Below are positions 22,515 to 37,286 of a stretch of 64,000 bases of DNA, in pieces; position 1 is the first letter of the stretch, and each line of letters starts with the position of its first letter. Source of the stretch: Takakia lepidozioides (Eukaryota > Plantae > Bryophyta); contig CM060734.1 of the NCBI GenBank assembly GCA_030704615.1, forward strand, positions 43,090,001 to 43,154,000. The letters are read 5' to 3'. A program made the translations under genes and the position numbers. Below the pieces are notes generated by a model that was given only the letters and a program-made list of their open reading frames with translations, made no database searches and had not been told where the DNA came from.

Positions 22515-25391
22515 ATGACAGCCGATTTCTCAGTGAAGTTAGGGAATCTTAACGACTTCATAGCGCCATCGCAAGCCTGTGTTGTCTCGCTCAAAACTCT
22601 CAAAAAATCGGAGCTTGCTGTTGAGACTGGATTGGTGAAGATTCAACCTAAGGAGCTTGCACCGGAATTTGATCAGGCGAAAGTTTCGTCCAAGTCTGAT
22701 CCAGTAAAAGTATCTCTCCATGATTGTTTGGCATGCAGCGGATGTATAACTTCTGCGGAGACGGTCCTGCTACAACAACAAAGTACAGGTGTGTGTGCTT
22801 ATAGATTAGCTCTTGTTGTCTGTCTTCTGCCTTAGTTTCTGAAATGAACTCATAAGCTTCGGGAGTCACGGACACATCCTTATCACCACAGTTGTACTAA
22901 GTAGAAAGTACTTCAGCAGAATGATGCATATTTTTCTGCCACAATTTCTGTGGCTAGAAGTACTGCAGCTGACCTAAAATTGGTACAAGAAGTGGTTACT
23001 TTTCTAGTGCCAATTTTCATGACTACGTCCGTCACCTGCCTTGTCAGGAGTCTGTGTTCTTCCTTTCGTCCAAATGAAAGGGAGCATGATCTGCTCACAA
23101 CTCAACAGATTTCCGGTGCAGACTGAGGTTTCGAAGTCTACGAAAGTCTGGTGGAACTTAGTCAGAAAAAATCGCAGGAGTCATCAAATTAGCTGCAAAA
23201 ATTGTCAAGCTATTCTTGCCTTTCACCAAAATCTAGAGAGGATTGGATGTCTAGTAGGCTGAGGGCTGGAAATCTGTCACTTTCTATAGGTCTGCAAACC
23301 ATTTGGGGATATTGGCTAATTACAGACAGACTAAGGTCAATTCAACCTGGAACTTGCTCCCACACTTCAGTTTTTGGTGGCCACAACAAAGTCAACAACC
23401 ATCCTGCAATCACCAATCCTCTGTTGACCCGTTTTGAAAGGCCCACATGTGTCTTGCAGCTGTATGTGGCAGGTTCTCTTTCACTGGCTGTTAAGGTTTC
23501 AATTCCCATGTCCCACTCTACTTGGAGAGTTCCCCTAGTTTTGAGGCCTTAAAGATCCTGCCAGATTTTCTGGTTTCATGAACTGAACACCAAAGGTCGC
23601 TGGTAGTGAACTCGTGAGTTATGCACCAATTGTTACCTCTCTCCATGTCGTTTCCTTAAATTGGTTAACCTGCATGTTGTGGTGAGGTCCCCATGTTATT
23701 TGACAAATATTTCGATTTTTTGAAGTTGAATGCCAATCTGCGGGGATTGTAGTGAATGCCAGTTTGTATGAAGCAGGGAACAGGAAAATGTCTACTTTCT
23801 TATAATGCCTCATAGTAGACATAGTTGGTGCTGATTCAAAGGGGGTATGCTTTGGGGTTGAGTCAGTTTCGCTAATCTAGTGGATCCCATGAAGTTCGGG
23901 GTAGTTTGCTAAACTGGTATGGGATCATTGGTAAGGTTGAAACTAATTGCAATGTGTTGACCCTATGCAGAGGAGTTTTTAAACCTATTGAATGCTGGAA
24001 AAAAGGCGGTCATTGTGTCCTTATCACCGCAGTCGAGAGCTTCTCTAGCAACTCACTATGGGCTTACCCCTCTTCAGGCGTTCAAGAAGATTACGGGGTT
24101 TCTAAAATCGCTTGGTGTGAGGGCTGTCTTTGACACCAGTTCTAGTAGAGACTTATCTCTGATGGAATCCTGTGAAGAATTTGTCTCAAGGTTCCGGAAG
24201 CAATCATCTCCCATTGTTGAAAACCACTTGGAGTCAGAGAGCAACTGCCTGCCTATACTGGCATCAGCATGCCCAGGTCAGTGTATCCTCTTGCTAGTAT
24301 CCTCCAATAGATAGAAAAGAGCATGTTGGGGCATGATGAGAATACTTGCTTTTGGATTCGAATGGCTATAACATTTGCAATCCTTGGCTTAGGTGCGCAC
24401 TGCTGCTCCCTTACTAGACCACATGTTCATATCAGGTGGTCAGTTGTTTGTTATATTGTTGTGTTCAAGTTTTTAAACATGGTAACTTTCATCAGGTTGG
24501 GTGTGTTACTCGGAGAAGACACATGGGTCCCACATTCTGCCATATATTAGTGGAGTCAAAAGTCCCCAGCAGGCTATGGGGGCAATCCTGAAACGATATT
24601 CTTGCTGCAGCATGGGGATCAGACCCGAGGATATCTACCATGTCACAGTCATGCCTTGCTATGACAAGAAACTTGAGGCTTCGCGGGATGATTTTATATT
24701 TGCTGTCGAGAGGGAAGATGATATTGGTGCAGCTGGGCAACGCATTACAGAGGTCGACTGTGTGTTGACTTCTGGCGAGATTTTGGACTTGTTACAGACC
24801 AGGAATGTCGATTTTCCAGCATTAGAGGAAGCTCCTCTGGACAAGATGCTTGCAAATGTAGACGAAAGGGATCATCTGTATGGGGTTGAAGGGGGTTCTG
24901 GTGGCTATGCTGAGTGCATCTTCCGGTATGCTGCCAAAGTTTTGTTTGCAAAGGAGGTGACTGAACCACTAGTATTCAAGGTTCTACGCAACACAGACTT
25001 CCGAGAGATCTCATTGGACATAGATGGAAAACCGGCTTTGCGGTTTGCATGCGCCTATGGGTTCCGCAACATTCAGAACCTGATTCGTAAAATCAAAACA
25101 GGAAAATGTGAGTACCATTTTGTAGAGATTATGGCATGCCCATCAGGGTGTTTAAATGGTGGGGGCCAGATTAAGCCTAAAAAGGGACAATCGGCCAAGG
25201 AATTGATACAGCTTCTTGAAGGCGCATATTTGAATGATGTAGATGTTAGGGACCCATTCAGTAATCCCATTGCCAGAGGTTTATATGATAAATGGCTTGG
25301 GCATCCTGGATCAGATAAAGCTCTTGCGATTTTCCGGACTAAGTACCATGATCGAGAGAAGAGTATTGTATCTCAAATAAGTGACTGGTAA
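22515..25391 (+). CDS. NAR1: Cytosolic Fe-S assembly factor NAR1 (hydrogenase-like), about 491 aa
   Basis: Exons 22515-22788, 23971-24276, 24496-25391. Motifs NDFIAPSQAC, DCLACSGCITSAE, SACPGW, MPCYDKKLEA, EIMACPSGCLNGGGQ and a terminal W. Confidence 0.95.
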
Positions 25392-26322
25392 GGTCAGCGA
25401 CTTAAATCTACTAGCTCAGTGCTGTTCTTTTGTACTGATTAAGGCCTCCCTGTTGTACTCGAGAGAAGCCGGATTTGACGGGGTTAATTGACCTTTTGGC
25501 TACCTATACCTTTCAATATTTTAGTGCTTATGTCAACACAATTTACTAGCAGCTTTATGGAGCACGATGTGTTGCAGAGTGTCGGTGTTCCCACTTTTTG
25601 TCATCTCTTGACTCTTTATGGCTCCTGGAGACATGTCTACTCAGATGGGTGCAAGTACATGCATGGAATTGAAGGATTATCATAGTGCATGCCAAACACC
25701 AGGCACCATTTGAAATAAGACGGTTGCTTACCTCCATAGAACTTCTGTCAGTTGTGGAAAGGCAACTCGACCTCATTTGTGGCCAAGTTGGCTAAGTATC
25801 AAAGTTTAGTGTCAAGACAGAAGGCCAGGATCCAGACCATCAAATGAGTCCACCTATTCACAAGTGCAGTGCAAGACACATCAATCTAAAGTACTTATGA
25901 AGCTATTTGATGGCCAGGAATACTCCCCATAAAGTTTGCAACCTGTTGGTAGATAGGCTGAGAGGAGACAAAGGCCACTGGAAGTAGTCAGACGTTAGCT
26001 GGAGAGGTCAGGATGCTCTCACACTTTATAATCAATACGCCACCGAATTGCTGGCAAATGGGGCTCTTATATAAAAGAAAAAGTAGAACACACAAGCGGC
26101 ATCAACCCTGCATAAAGAGGAGACAAGGCAAATGTTGTCAACACCCTTTGCAACCAAGTAGCCCACTCGCAAGAGGGAACTTGGGCTACACTATGCAGAC
26201 CAGCCGGAGCCCCTCCTTTAAATACTATTGAAGGATCAGCAAAAAAACACCAGTGATTTACAAAGACATAAAACAGTTCTCCCCTCCATCTTCTTGAGCA
26301 ACTGTTACCCCAATCTAGGGAA

Positions 26323-29300
26323 TCATAACTGGTCCCCCTCTGACTGCTCATAGTCACTGCGCCAGTATGTGACATCGTTGAAATCTGGGTCACCAATGGG
26401 TCCATCTTTTGACTCAGGATCAACTTCGTTTTGGACAACAGTCTCATGCGGTAGAATGGGGCCGGCCTCTCCTACAACTCCCTCTTTCAGCATCTTTTCC
26501 ATTGCTTTCGCCGTTCCATCAGGCTCCACCCCTGCAATCTCTGGGCCCTGAAGAAACAAGGGGTTGCTTATACAGGCCTTGGCTGCAATAGATCTCTCGG
26601 GACTGTCTGCCTGAGATAGAACAGTAGGTAAAGGGGGCAATTCACTGTCTGGTAAATTAGCACTGGATTGAACACCTGCAAACCCTTCTGTCAATAGGGT
26701 GGCAGCATCCCCAGTAGGTCCCGTTGACTCATCAAACTGCACCTCAAAGGGGTTGTGCTCTGCAAAAAAATCTCTGCCTGATGTACCTTCTAATGAGGGA
26801 GACGCCTCTCTCAATCCCATCTCCCAGTCAGGATGGGATTTGGGCAAAAATGAATCTGAGTTTTGTTCTTCAATGTGGTGGTGCGCTGAGAAATCTTCCA
26901 GCAACTCCACTTTATCAAGCTCTGAAGCTAGCTCTACCTCTACACTGTTAGAAAGGGCTGCCTGGCGCTTCTCAATGGAAGTTGACCCATCATGTTCCCC
27001 CCCATTTGCAATTCGTGGTTCAAAGTTTGAAGATGCTGAATCATTTGACGATGTGGCAGTGTCAACAAGATCATCATCCTCCCCCACCACCACTTCATCA
27101 TCACTGCTACTATCCCCACTGCTATTGGGAGTAGAGCCTGCATAATTGGCCCGTCCATCCTCACCATGGGTTGGGGAAGAGGAAATGAGGAATGTCGGCC
27201 CTTGTTCTTGTTTTGAACTGTTGTTATCATCTTGAAAGGCAAACCAGTTGGAATCGGCACCAAACACACTGTCTTTGAGCCGTGCACTGCTGTGAAAGCC
27301 CATTGCCAACACACTTAGTCAAAGAGACAGAGACCTAAACCTCAGGGCTATGTTGCACTTGTCTACAACTTTCACTGGCTTCTATTCATTATGGAAAAAA
27401 TCAGAGCAACCAAAAGTGCTCACTCTGGATATGGTCTCGTCTGCAACTTACATGTCCTGTTCTTCTCCAAGTCGCAATGATGAAATCACCACTTCAGCGG
27501 ACTCATCGTCAAAGAACACATCCTGCATGCCACACAATGCTTTCTCTTCTCAAAAAATACAGCTGTTTGCATTCAACAATGTTTTGTTAGAGTGGCTTGA
27601 CAAGTTCCTATGCCATAGACCACCATTTTCTATCCACATAGCCCTTTGATCAGCAAAAATTAAAAATACTAGAGAAAGCGTCCATCTCTACCCTCACACG
27701 AACAAGACAAGGATCCGGGGCCTCTGAAGTACTTGCTTTCCAATATTCTTCAGCTGGCTAGAAGTAGAAGTCAGTCGGTCGGCAAAAGCATGAAGGCAAG
27801 GGTAGATGGTAATATACATAAGGTGTCTCTCACCCCCTCATCTCTCTCACTAGCCCCATGTCCCTGTAAATATGACAGCCACAACCATTCCGGTTCAGGC
27901 TAACATCAGAAAGAGTTTAATGTGGAATTACATCAACTTCCACAGAGATACAGTCCAGGGATTTAGTCTTTACTGGGAAGGCACCCACCTCCTCAGCGTC
28001 CTCGTTGTCAAACATGCCATAGCTGTAGACCTCACGCGTCAAATTGCTGGCCATAGTTGAAATGTCGTAGTCTCTGTCACGAAAGTCAGCTTCCTCACTA
28101 TTGACTTGCCGCTCCCGTACAGCTGTTGGACGCCTGCACATACATTCCCCCATCTCTGGCTTTACTTATGCTGATAATACTCAGACCCCAATCCAAAGAA
28201 TCACTTTAAATCTAATATTCGACTGAAACTCTCTCCCAACCCCACTTTCCTCTTTCTGATGATGTGATAAAGAATATTTGAACCTTCTTTGTTGCGGATC
28301 TCTCTCTCTCTGGGGTTTATGTGGCTCCATGATTTGATTGTTGTGCCAATTGGTCCCTGGAGCCTCCCTCCGACGCATCAAGTGTCTCTCTCTCTCTCTC
28401 TCTCTTTCCCGCTCAAACTGGGCGCGGGGTCAATGGCCACAAGGCTACGGCAAACAACGTCTTATGAGTACAATCTCTCTTTCCAAAGGGCCACAAGGCT
28501 ACGGCAAACGTCTTATGAGTCATACTCTTTCATGTCCCTTGGGTAAGTTTTCTTCCTCTGTATCTTTATCCTTGAAACGAAGAGGTTCTCCATTATTGCC
28601 AAAAATACTTTCGGTGCAAATGAACAAGCACAGAAAATATTTGGCCCATTTGGCAGAATCCAAAATTAAACAGTAGCTTGACAACTGTGACCCTTGTGTA
28701 CAAAAGAAGTGAAACTCAATCATTGCCAACATGCAGTCATACCCGCATGTCCATTGGAAAACATTTTCCAGCATGTTGCGATTTTGCAGAACTGTAGACT
28801 GCCACTCACTCCATCTTGGGTTGGCCTGCAATTTCTCAACAAAGGCACTCTGGAGATTTAACGAACAATCCATTGAGACTCCTAGGTGGAGACTGGTCAA
28901 CATGCATGATATAGGTGACAATTTCCTGGGGCCTGATACCCTCACCTGAACTTTCAGGATTAGAAAATAAATCGAAAACATGAAAACTTGAGAGGTGCCA
29001 AGAGAGACATGAAATACGTCTTCAAGGACCAAGGGACAACCTGGAGGTGCTTCTGTATTATGGAGTTGGTAGCTGAAGTCTGGACAACCTTGTTGGCAAG
29101 GAGGGTCAAATGTCCCATGCTGCCTATCCTCGCTGGGGCTCTACTTGTTGACACCCTTGGCTACACATGATCCCACATACACTAAGATATGTATCAAAGG
29201 CTTCCTTCACAGAAAATGTAATCAGTACATTATCATACCTCTAAAAGCAGTGACACCACTAATCTAAGTTGCTGAAAGTTCATATGGTTCTGAAAGAGAA

Positions 29301-32300
29301 AACTCAATTTACTATTACAAGGATGCCAAGTGCCATAACATACCTCCTTACGGGTGTCAGGTGCATAAGGGTTGTCATCAGCATCCAACAATCTGACTAT
29401 GAACTCGCAATCTTGGAAAAGATGGTCAAGGAGCGCCTGGCTACCACTTTCCAGGCATGATGTCACAATACTCTCCACATGATGGTGCAACATGTTGTTG
29501 AATGGATAGCTGTACCCGCCATGCATCTTCAGTCAGACTTTCTTTTTGCAGTTAGTGTTCATTTTACATGACTGATTAACAGCTGTTGCCCCATGGAAAG
29601 GAAAGGTTCTTACCCCATCATTTCTTAGTCACTGGCTGTGTTGAAAAAGAAATGAGGGCTGAAACAGAGGGAGTGAGAGGGAGAAGAAAAGCAACAGACT
29701 GGTTGTGCACACACAAGCTTTCTCAAACTTTGTGAACTCAGAGGCTACTGTCTTAGCTAAGCAAAAGTAACAAACCCAACAACAAACAACAAAGAAATGA
29801 TTGGGCAACCCTGCCCACCAACGTCTTATGCCAAAAAGGCACCTCTCTCAAGTGTCACAAAGATTCATGCATTGAATATGACCCTCAAACCCTGACTATC
29901 ATTGGAATGCAAGGCTCACAGATTTGTCATTGGTTATCCTATGTATCCTTCAGAAAGGTCAGTGCCAGAAGTAGTCAGCAAAAAGCTTGGAGGAAACCAT
30001 TCGTGAGTGCATCTCTCCAATACCTTTCACCCAAGTCTGCCTAAATTATACCCATCTTCCAATTCCCGTCTTCAGTTATAACCCATTAACTGTGCCGACA
30101 CTCCTATCCTTTAGGTCAAGTGACCTGAAATAGCCTGTAACAGGAAACCTCCACGTACTCGAAAAAAAGATTCAGAACAAGTTGGATGGCCCCTGAGCGA
30201 ACGAGTTCTTGTCTTGTGCCCTCACTGTTGGTTCTTAACAAAACTGCAATGAACTCCACAATCTGTCCCAAAAAGACCATACAAACTTATGGATAGTGTA
30301 AATGGCCAGACAAAATACTGAAAACACTGACTATTACCAAGGAAAGCAGTTCCTGTGCAATCTGTCAGATACATGAAGGCAACAGAGGCAACACTAAGCC
30401 ATGATAGACACTGAACATTAAGTGGTAACTACACGAAGATAGCGCAAGATCAAGAAAAATTAAGCTCCAAGCTGACATCTACCTAGGACCAGTCCATAAT
30501 ACAAACATGGTGACAGAGAAGAGATGAACCTTAAGCCGATGAATACCCACAGGAGGCCGGAGCTGCCCATAGGTGGTAGGTAACACTTTGTCGTCAGTCG
30601 ACACTTCCAATAGTCTTAGTAAGTCACCTGCCACATCACCAAAACCAACAGCAAGATGAGTACTATCAAGGCAAATGCATTGCAGAGAGAAAAACAGTGG
30701 TGAAACGTTGGTAAGCCCACTACTTCAACCATTGACTCCCATGGCAGTGCACAATGTGAAAAGTACTCCACTACGCATGCTATAGCTCGCCCATGTCTGA
30801 CTTAGACAGTGCAGGGTAGAGACTGTACTCATAAGACGTTGCCTTGTTGCAATAGAACTTGCGCCCCGTTTGAGCGGAAATGCAGAGAAGAGATGTACTC
30901 ATAAGCTGTGTTTGCCGTAGAGAAGAGAGAAAGACAGAGAGAGAGAGCACAGCCATTAAGGGGGGAGAAATCCACCTAGCTTCTGCAGCATGCCCTCAAC
31001 AGTTTCTGGATTGGCAGTGGGCACAGGCTCAGTGACATGCTGGCCTCGAGCAGCTCCGGCGGCTGCGACTGTTGCAGCTCTCTTTGGATCCAAGAGAGAG
31101 ATACAAACAGAGAGTGAATACACCAATGTGGACTTCGAGTCTGGATCCTCCAATACATGGTGAAAGAGCATCCCTACAAACCTGTCGCACAGCATTCCCA
31201 TAGCTTGAGGATGTCCTCTCTTGTAACTCTACTTGTCACATGGGCCCTCTGGGTTCCCCATTTGTGGACAAGTTTTTGTCTCACACTATACGTATACATG
31301 TATACAAAGCAAGTCTAATGTTGTTCTCTCTTTCTGTTGTTAGCTTTTTACATGACGGAGAAAGCTGAAGTTCCAAAATGAGGTTGCTACAGGCACTGCC
31401 GGGCCATCATACAGACAACACATTAAGAATCGGGGTGTGACAGAAGCTGCAACTCTGGAAAAACTGCTTCAATTAAAGAACCAGGATGTGAGACAAAGCC
31501 CACCAATTAACAAAACCTTGTCCGTCCTTATGCAAACGACCACACCTAGCATTGACACTAGGAAGGTTGCGAAGTCACTGCCTGGGGAACACTACACTGC
31601 TAAGAGAATAAAATCTAGACCTCTAGGAAAAGTGTCACAGGCCAACAAAAACCATAACCGGAGTACCTTGAGCTGGAAAGTTTTGCAGCTAGTGCAGACG
31701 GGGCAATGCGTGTGACAGCTGAGAGTGTCTCTGCTGCATTTGCGTGGACTTCAGATGAGTTCTGTGTCCATAAACCAGCAATACAGTATTACTCGCAGCA
31801 CATAACTAAACTCTCAACACTATTACCTACCAACCAAAAAGAATCCATCAAGTAATAACAGATGTTCTCACATTACTCTCCCTTCCATGATCTCTGTTCA
31901 AACCCTCCTGTCTCTCTCTCTCTTCCTCTTTCCAGTGTAACTTGAACTCTGAGAGGGACATCAGTGACACACATTGGTGAAGGCTCTGAGGGTCAAATGC
32001 CTACTAGAAAGTCCCCAGAAACCCAACAGATGGATGCTTCCATACCAGAAAAATAGGTGCAGAAATGTTAGAAATGAACATGGATCTGATTCTATTTACA
32101 GAGACATTGACACGAAGAAACTCCACAGGAAGTCAGCATATTACCACCACATCACAATACTGTGAGCTATTACACATGTGTGGACAGAACACAGAACCAA
32201 CAGACTTCCATCACATTGACAACACTGCCTCAAATCAAGGACTAGCTCAAGTGAATGGAAGGAATACAATAAGTGGATAGAGAGAACACCTGTGGGCTAA

Positions 32301-35300
32301 GCTTGTCAACAAGCATCTCCAGAAGATCGGTGTCCGCCAACCATTGTAAAGCATCCACATGAAAGGCATAAATGTGCTCGTCTGCCCCCACCAGCCGTAC
32401 CAGTACCTGCAAGTTCCAGCAGAATCCCAAATTTTATCCTACAAATGAGAGAAAATTATCGAGCGATATGGACTCCTTAAACCAAGAAAAACCACTTTGA
32501 TAATGTTTATCAACTCTCTGAAATTTTCTTGATTTGTTTGTCCCAGTTGATACACTTTGCCGAAAGTGCTCTTCCTTGCACACACAGCCATTGCTCTGTA
32601 AAACACATACCTCCATTATTGAGGTGATACCAATCAAATCCACCAACTTCCTTAGTATCTCCTGATGCACCTGAAAGGGTATTCATTGCACTTAATTAGA
32701 CACCAAGCAAGACCCCAACAAAAGAAAATCATCAGCAGAGATACCATGGTGTGACACAAGCATGTGCACACATTGGATTTACACGTAATGGGCACATACC
32801 AAAATGATCCAATGCAAACTTGCAACCTGAATAGCCAATTCTTGCAAATGCAGGACAAACAAATGTAAAATGCATGTGGTTCCAACCAAAATGAAGCCAC
32901 CACAACCAACATTGGGAAGCAAATCCTAGAAATGAATAATAAACAGTCCAAAATTGTTATAAATCATTGACATCATAAATTTGTAAAATGTACCAAATAT
33001 AGGATCACACCTACTTCATGTGCACCCAAAAAGGATTGTTCCCAGTTATCCTTGGGAAGCTTTCAGGGCATATCTTGCCTTAAACAAGCTTGACCCTAGG
33101 CTGCAGCCTCAGCTGGTCAAGTTAACCTCCTAACCTAGTACTGCAACTAAATATTAAGACAACAACATATAGTTTAAGACAATAGTGGTCAACTTGCATA
33201 CGACACTGCTGTAGTTCATGTAGAAGAATCTGGAAAAGATAGGAGACATACTTGCAGATAGCGCATCAGCGGAATAGTCTTTCTAAGCAGCAAACAGATG
33301 ACAACCTGGATCCACAGTAGAGCTATGAGACACTTGAGAAGTTGAACAGATCCTGAAATCCATGTGACATATTTTGCAAGACTATGTGCCAACAGTTCCC
33401 TAGTATCTCTTACATATATGCTTTCAGAATGAAGTGAACATGACTGGGTATGCACCAACTGCTTCTCACCATCAGGAACTGTGCAGCCACAATAGTTTCG
33501 TGATGTGTTATGAAATAATGCATCATAGACAAGGCGGGGAAAAATCAGTAATCAGGAAATAGACTAACTAGAGTTTTAGGCCAACTATCAACAATTTCAA
33601 CTGCACAGATTGTAAGCCCATTTGCTGTTCTGATTCCCACCCTCAGCTTGAAAAAAGTAACCATACCTTACTAAAGTAGCCTGCCAACAACGTCCCATGT
33701 GGGCGATCGGGGTCCAAAAAAGAAAATAAAAAATTCACAAGCTGCACATACAACATAATTATTACTGTCTCTCTTTCTCTATTGTTCCACATATGTCCAT
33801 GATGCATTCAACCAAAATCCCTCAAACTTGATGTACAGGCAAAAAGAGCTATGCTATGAAGCCAAGTTCACGTAAAACCTGTAAATGACTACAGATAGCC
33901 ACTCGGGGGTTGTTTAAGCAATATGATGGCTTGTAACGTTTTAAACTAATGGCCGAGCATTTCTTGCCGGTAAGTGATGGTCCTGAATATGTAGATTGAA
34001 ATGAAAGTGACAGTGACTTGGGAAAAAAATCTAGGAATGAGAATCCAGCCCAACACTGAGTGACAGATACATTTGTAATTTCAAGACTGTCACCCCAGAA
34101 GTCTACACCTTTCAGACATAAAATGTTCTTTGACACACAGAGAATGCATTACCTACCTCCTCATCCTCAACTAGTGTCTTGAATATCACATCTATCTCAC
34201 ATGTGAAAACTTCGCACGCAATGAATGGAAACCTGCGAATGTATCATTCAGGCAGCAAACCATCAACACTGCAACCATTAACAGCGATCCATCAGAGGAT
34301 AAGTCACCACTTCAAGTTCAGATTGCCCAACAACTCGACGTAAGGTCACACTGTACTCACATATACCCATGTTTCTGGAATGATTTTATATGTTTGCTCA
34401 TCTCAAAATATGTATGAAAAGGAAACTCACGAACCACCAAAATGGCCACAACAACTTACTTGAAGGCACGCTTATTCTCGGAGGGCTCAGGTGGCTCCTC
34501 TATCACATAGCGTAACAGTGCTTGCACTTGTGCCTTCCCCCGCAAGCTGCCATCATGAAAGATGAGTTCATATCCCAGGCCATACAGTTATTAGCGATTA
34601 TTGAACCCAGCCCCTTAAGGGCCTAGCCAGCCTTTAATTCTGCCTTTGCAGTATATTCCTTAAAAGCTGCCAATTGATCGGTACTTACAAATTGATGAGT
34701 CGGCTGTTAAGAGCTTTGCATTCCTGAATAATTTCATCCTCATCCAGGAGCTCCTCCAGGGTGTAGGCATCTTTGTCGAGCACCGACTCAACCTGTATGC
34801 CACTCTGAATTGAAACACTGGGCAACCAAGAACGCGACCAAAGCTTTCTGGAAATCCTGATATCTGCAAGAAGGTCCAAATCTTAACTACCTACCTGCCT
34901 ACACACATCAATTCCCATCTCCACTATGCCTTTTCAGGATTCCAATTGTGACAAAAGGTTTCAAATGCCATTGAACCCACTGATCGACTAACAGTTTAGT
35001 ACGGTTTGTTCAGTACAGTCTAGTTCAGTACAATCATTACACCCAGCCCAGTCACAAAGTCCTCATCTTAACCTTCACCACATCTTGGGCCTCATAAGCA
35101 CATCCGGCCAGTTAACAGTCCTTGGCACAAAACAGACATGAAATAGGAGAGGTCCCGCTAAGGACATGGTCCCCTGACCGTCCCAGTACTACTAGTGGGG
35201 TTCACTACACCAGGGTATACAACACTCAACCTGAATTATTGCCATGCACTCACATAAGGTCTGGCTACAGGGAACTGAGTGATGGTGTTGTGCTTGCTTG

Positions 35301-37178
35301 CATTTGACGTCCTACTAGAAAAAATGAGCTTGACATCACCACTGCCGTTCCAAACCCCAAACTGCCAGACATGTGTGATGGATCGTGTATGCATGGCAAG
35401 AATGTATCCATTAGACGTTTTTTAGCCCATAGCCTTGTGGCCATAGACCCCATGCCCAGTTTGGGCGGAACAAAAGGGAACAGACTCTACCTTTCTGAGA
35501 GCCTCACTCCAGTAGTAGTGTCGACGTCAAGAAGAAGAAGAGAGAGCAGGCACTCACCTAATCTGACACTTTCACCATCCCAAACCCTTAGACAGAGAGT
35601 TTTGAGTAAAATACGATCCTACACCTGGAGGCTGAAATGTCAAGATTTCAGCAACACAGGGCCAATAAGCAAAGGCACAAGCACCTTGGTGAACTTTGTC
35701 CAGATAAAGGTGCCTGCTGTTAGCTCACCCTTAATCACTACAAAATCTTCAACATCCATCACCTAGTGGCTGGAGGAAAACCTTGGCTGGAGGAAAACCC
35801 CAAGGAAATAGATTGCCACAAGATCCCCCAGGCATCTGTTGATTTAATCTATTAAGCTATTCAGGACCACAGAACTCGACTGATTCCACAATTAGATGTC
35901 CAGATTTCTCCTCCTCACATCAGATTTTCACCCAATCTGAAGACAGAACAGAAACAAATGTCTACAAAGTAATTCTCTAAGAGGTAGGCTTCACCTAACC
36001 CTATCAAAAACCTTGCATGTATGTAGTAACATGGCCTTGGCTCTTCAAGTAGTATGAGTGCAGTTAATTCCTATGGTTGATATGAGCTAGGTGCAGGGAA
36101 GGTGCGACGCCAGACAAGATTATATTCATTTACATTCTCAAATCAGGTGCCAGCCTGGTAGCCCAGGCAAAGGGCATAAATGTCCATGCAGACATTATCA
36201 AAGCTGGAATTGCGCCAGATATCAATTTAGAGCTTGCCCTTCCTTACGACCATAGCAGCCAGCAGATGGAGCAATCTCCTCAGGTAGTCGGTACTTCCAA
36301 ATACCGCAATTCCTCCAGTTCACATGTGTTGGCATTGGAGACAACACCTTCAAGTTTCCAGTATCGCATACTTTTGCCACTTGCCCTCCACATGAGAAGA
36401 GTGAATGGGTCTGAAGGATTCTACAACCACTTACGAACTAAATTACTGAACAAAGGTTGCAGCTGAGAAGGCAGTCCAAGTACAAAACAGCCATGCCACT
36501 CGGACAGAAACTGAAACTTGCAAAAGCTTCATTGGTAGTACAGGAAACTCAGAAATCCTTTTGAGTCTTCTACTGTTGTGGGGCATATTCCAATCATACA
36601 GGTCAAGGAAATATGCATGTGGTCTAATTAGATCTCTGGAATATATGGCTTCCAAACTGCAAACATTGTTGCTTGAGGAATAACAGATAAGGTCTCGATT
36701 CACTGAATATTCCACACCAATGAACTACAACTTTTCCGCAGCATCCATGAATTCCACCAAGCCTTAGACTGCCAATACAGCCCGTACAATAGTGCATGAG
36801 GTACTTTAACAGTCCCCTGGTAAAGGTTGTCAGTCCAAATTGAGTGTCTGAGCTGCTTAACAGTCACCTCTTGAGGTTACAATATTCCATCAATCTTGTG
36901 AGTCAGAACCTCTAGGACAAAAAGTAGACAGGATAACAACTCTTATGAACTAAAAATGACATAAAGATGCTGCCTCTCAACTGAGGAGACCGAGGAGCAC
37001 CTCAATCAGCCAAAATTTCCACTTCCAAAAAATCATGTACCAGACTTGGATGGATGCATTCCAGGTATAATAAATATATATTCACCTCGACTCGCATGGA
37101 AATGCTCTAGGGATGACAGCAGAGACCCCAGAAGTGTGAAACTGCTTGACCTTAGGCTCTATCACACTGCCTCGTATG

Positions 37179-37214
<36 letters not shown>

Positions 37215-37286
37215 CTCTTTCTCTTGGAGAGAACTAAGAGTACTCACAGGAGAAGTCGTCGATAAGCCAGCTACCCGCCAATACAT
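26323..37286 (-). CDS. SIT4 phosphatase-associated (SAPS) protein / PP6 regulatory subunit, about 18 coding exons
   Basis: Starts MYWRVAGLSTTSP (37286-37248), then VESVLDKDAYTLEELLDEDEIIQECKALN (34792-34689), FPFIACEVFTCEID, GYFSK-VVICLL, LVDLIGITSIME, YPFNNMLHHHVE and GSMGHLT; last exon about 27288-26323 ends DFNDVTYWR. Confidence 0.93.
28408..28525 (+). mobile_element. Two tandem ultra-short 3' tails of LINE family B next to a (CT)n tract
   Basis: GGCCACAAGGCTACGGCAAACAACGTCTTATGAG is identical to the end of the 57797-59711 LINE. Confidence 0.9.
30822..30921 (-). mobile_element. Two degenerate LINE family B 3' tails beside a (GA)n tract
   Basis: TGTACTCATAAGACGTT... and TGTACTCATAAG...TTTGCCGTAG are reverse complements of the tail. 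Confidence 0.7.
35402..35503 (-). mobile_element. Degenerate LINE family B 3' fragment in SAPS intron 1
   Basis: TAGCCTTGTGGCCATAGACCCCATGCCCAGTTTGGGCGGAACAAAAGGG matches the reverse complement of about 59640-59700. Confidence 0.85.

Noticed and set aside
35600-36720. Possible ancient LINE remnants in SAPS intron 1
   Set aside because: Only a weak RYLEVP resemblance to YLG; no RT motifs could be recovered.
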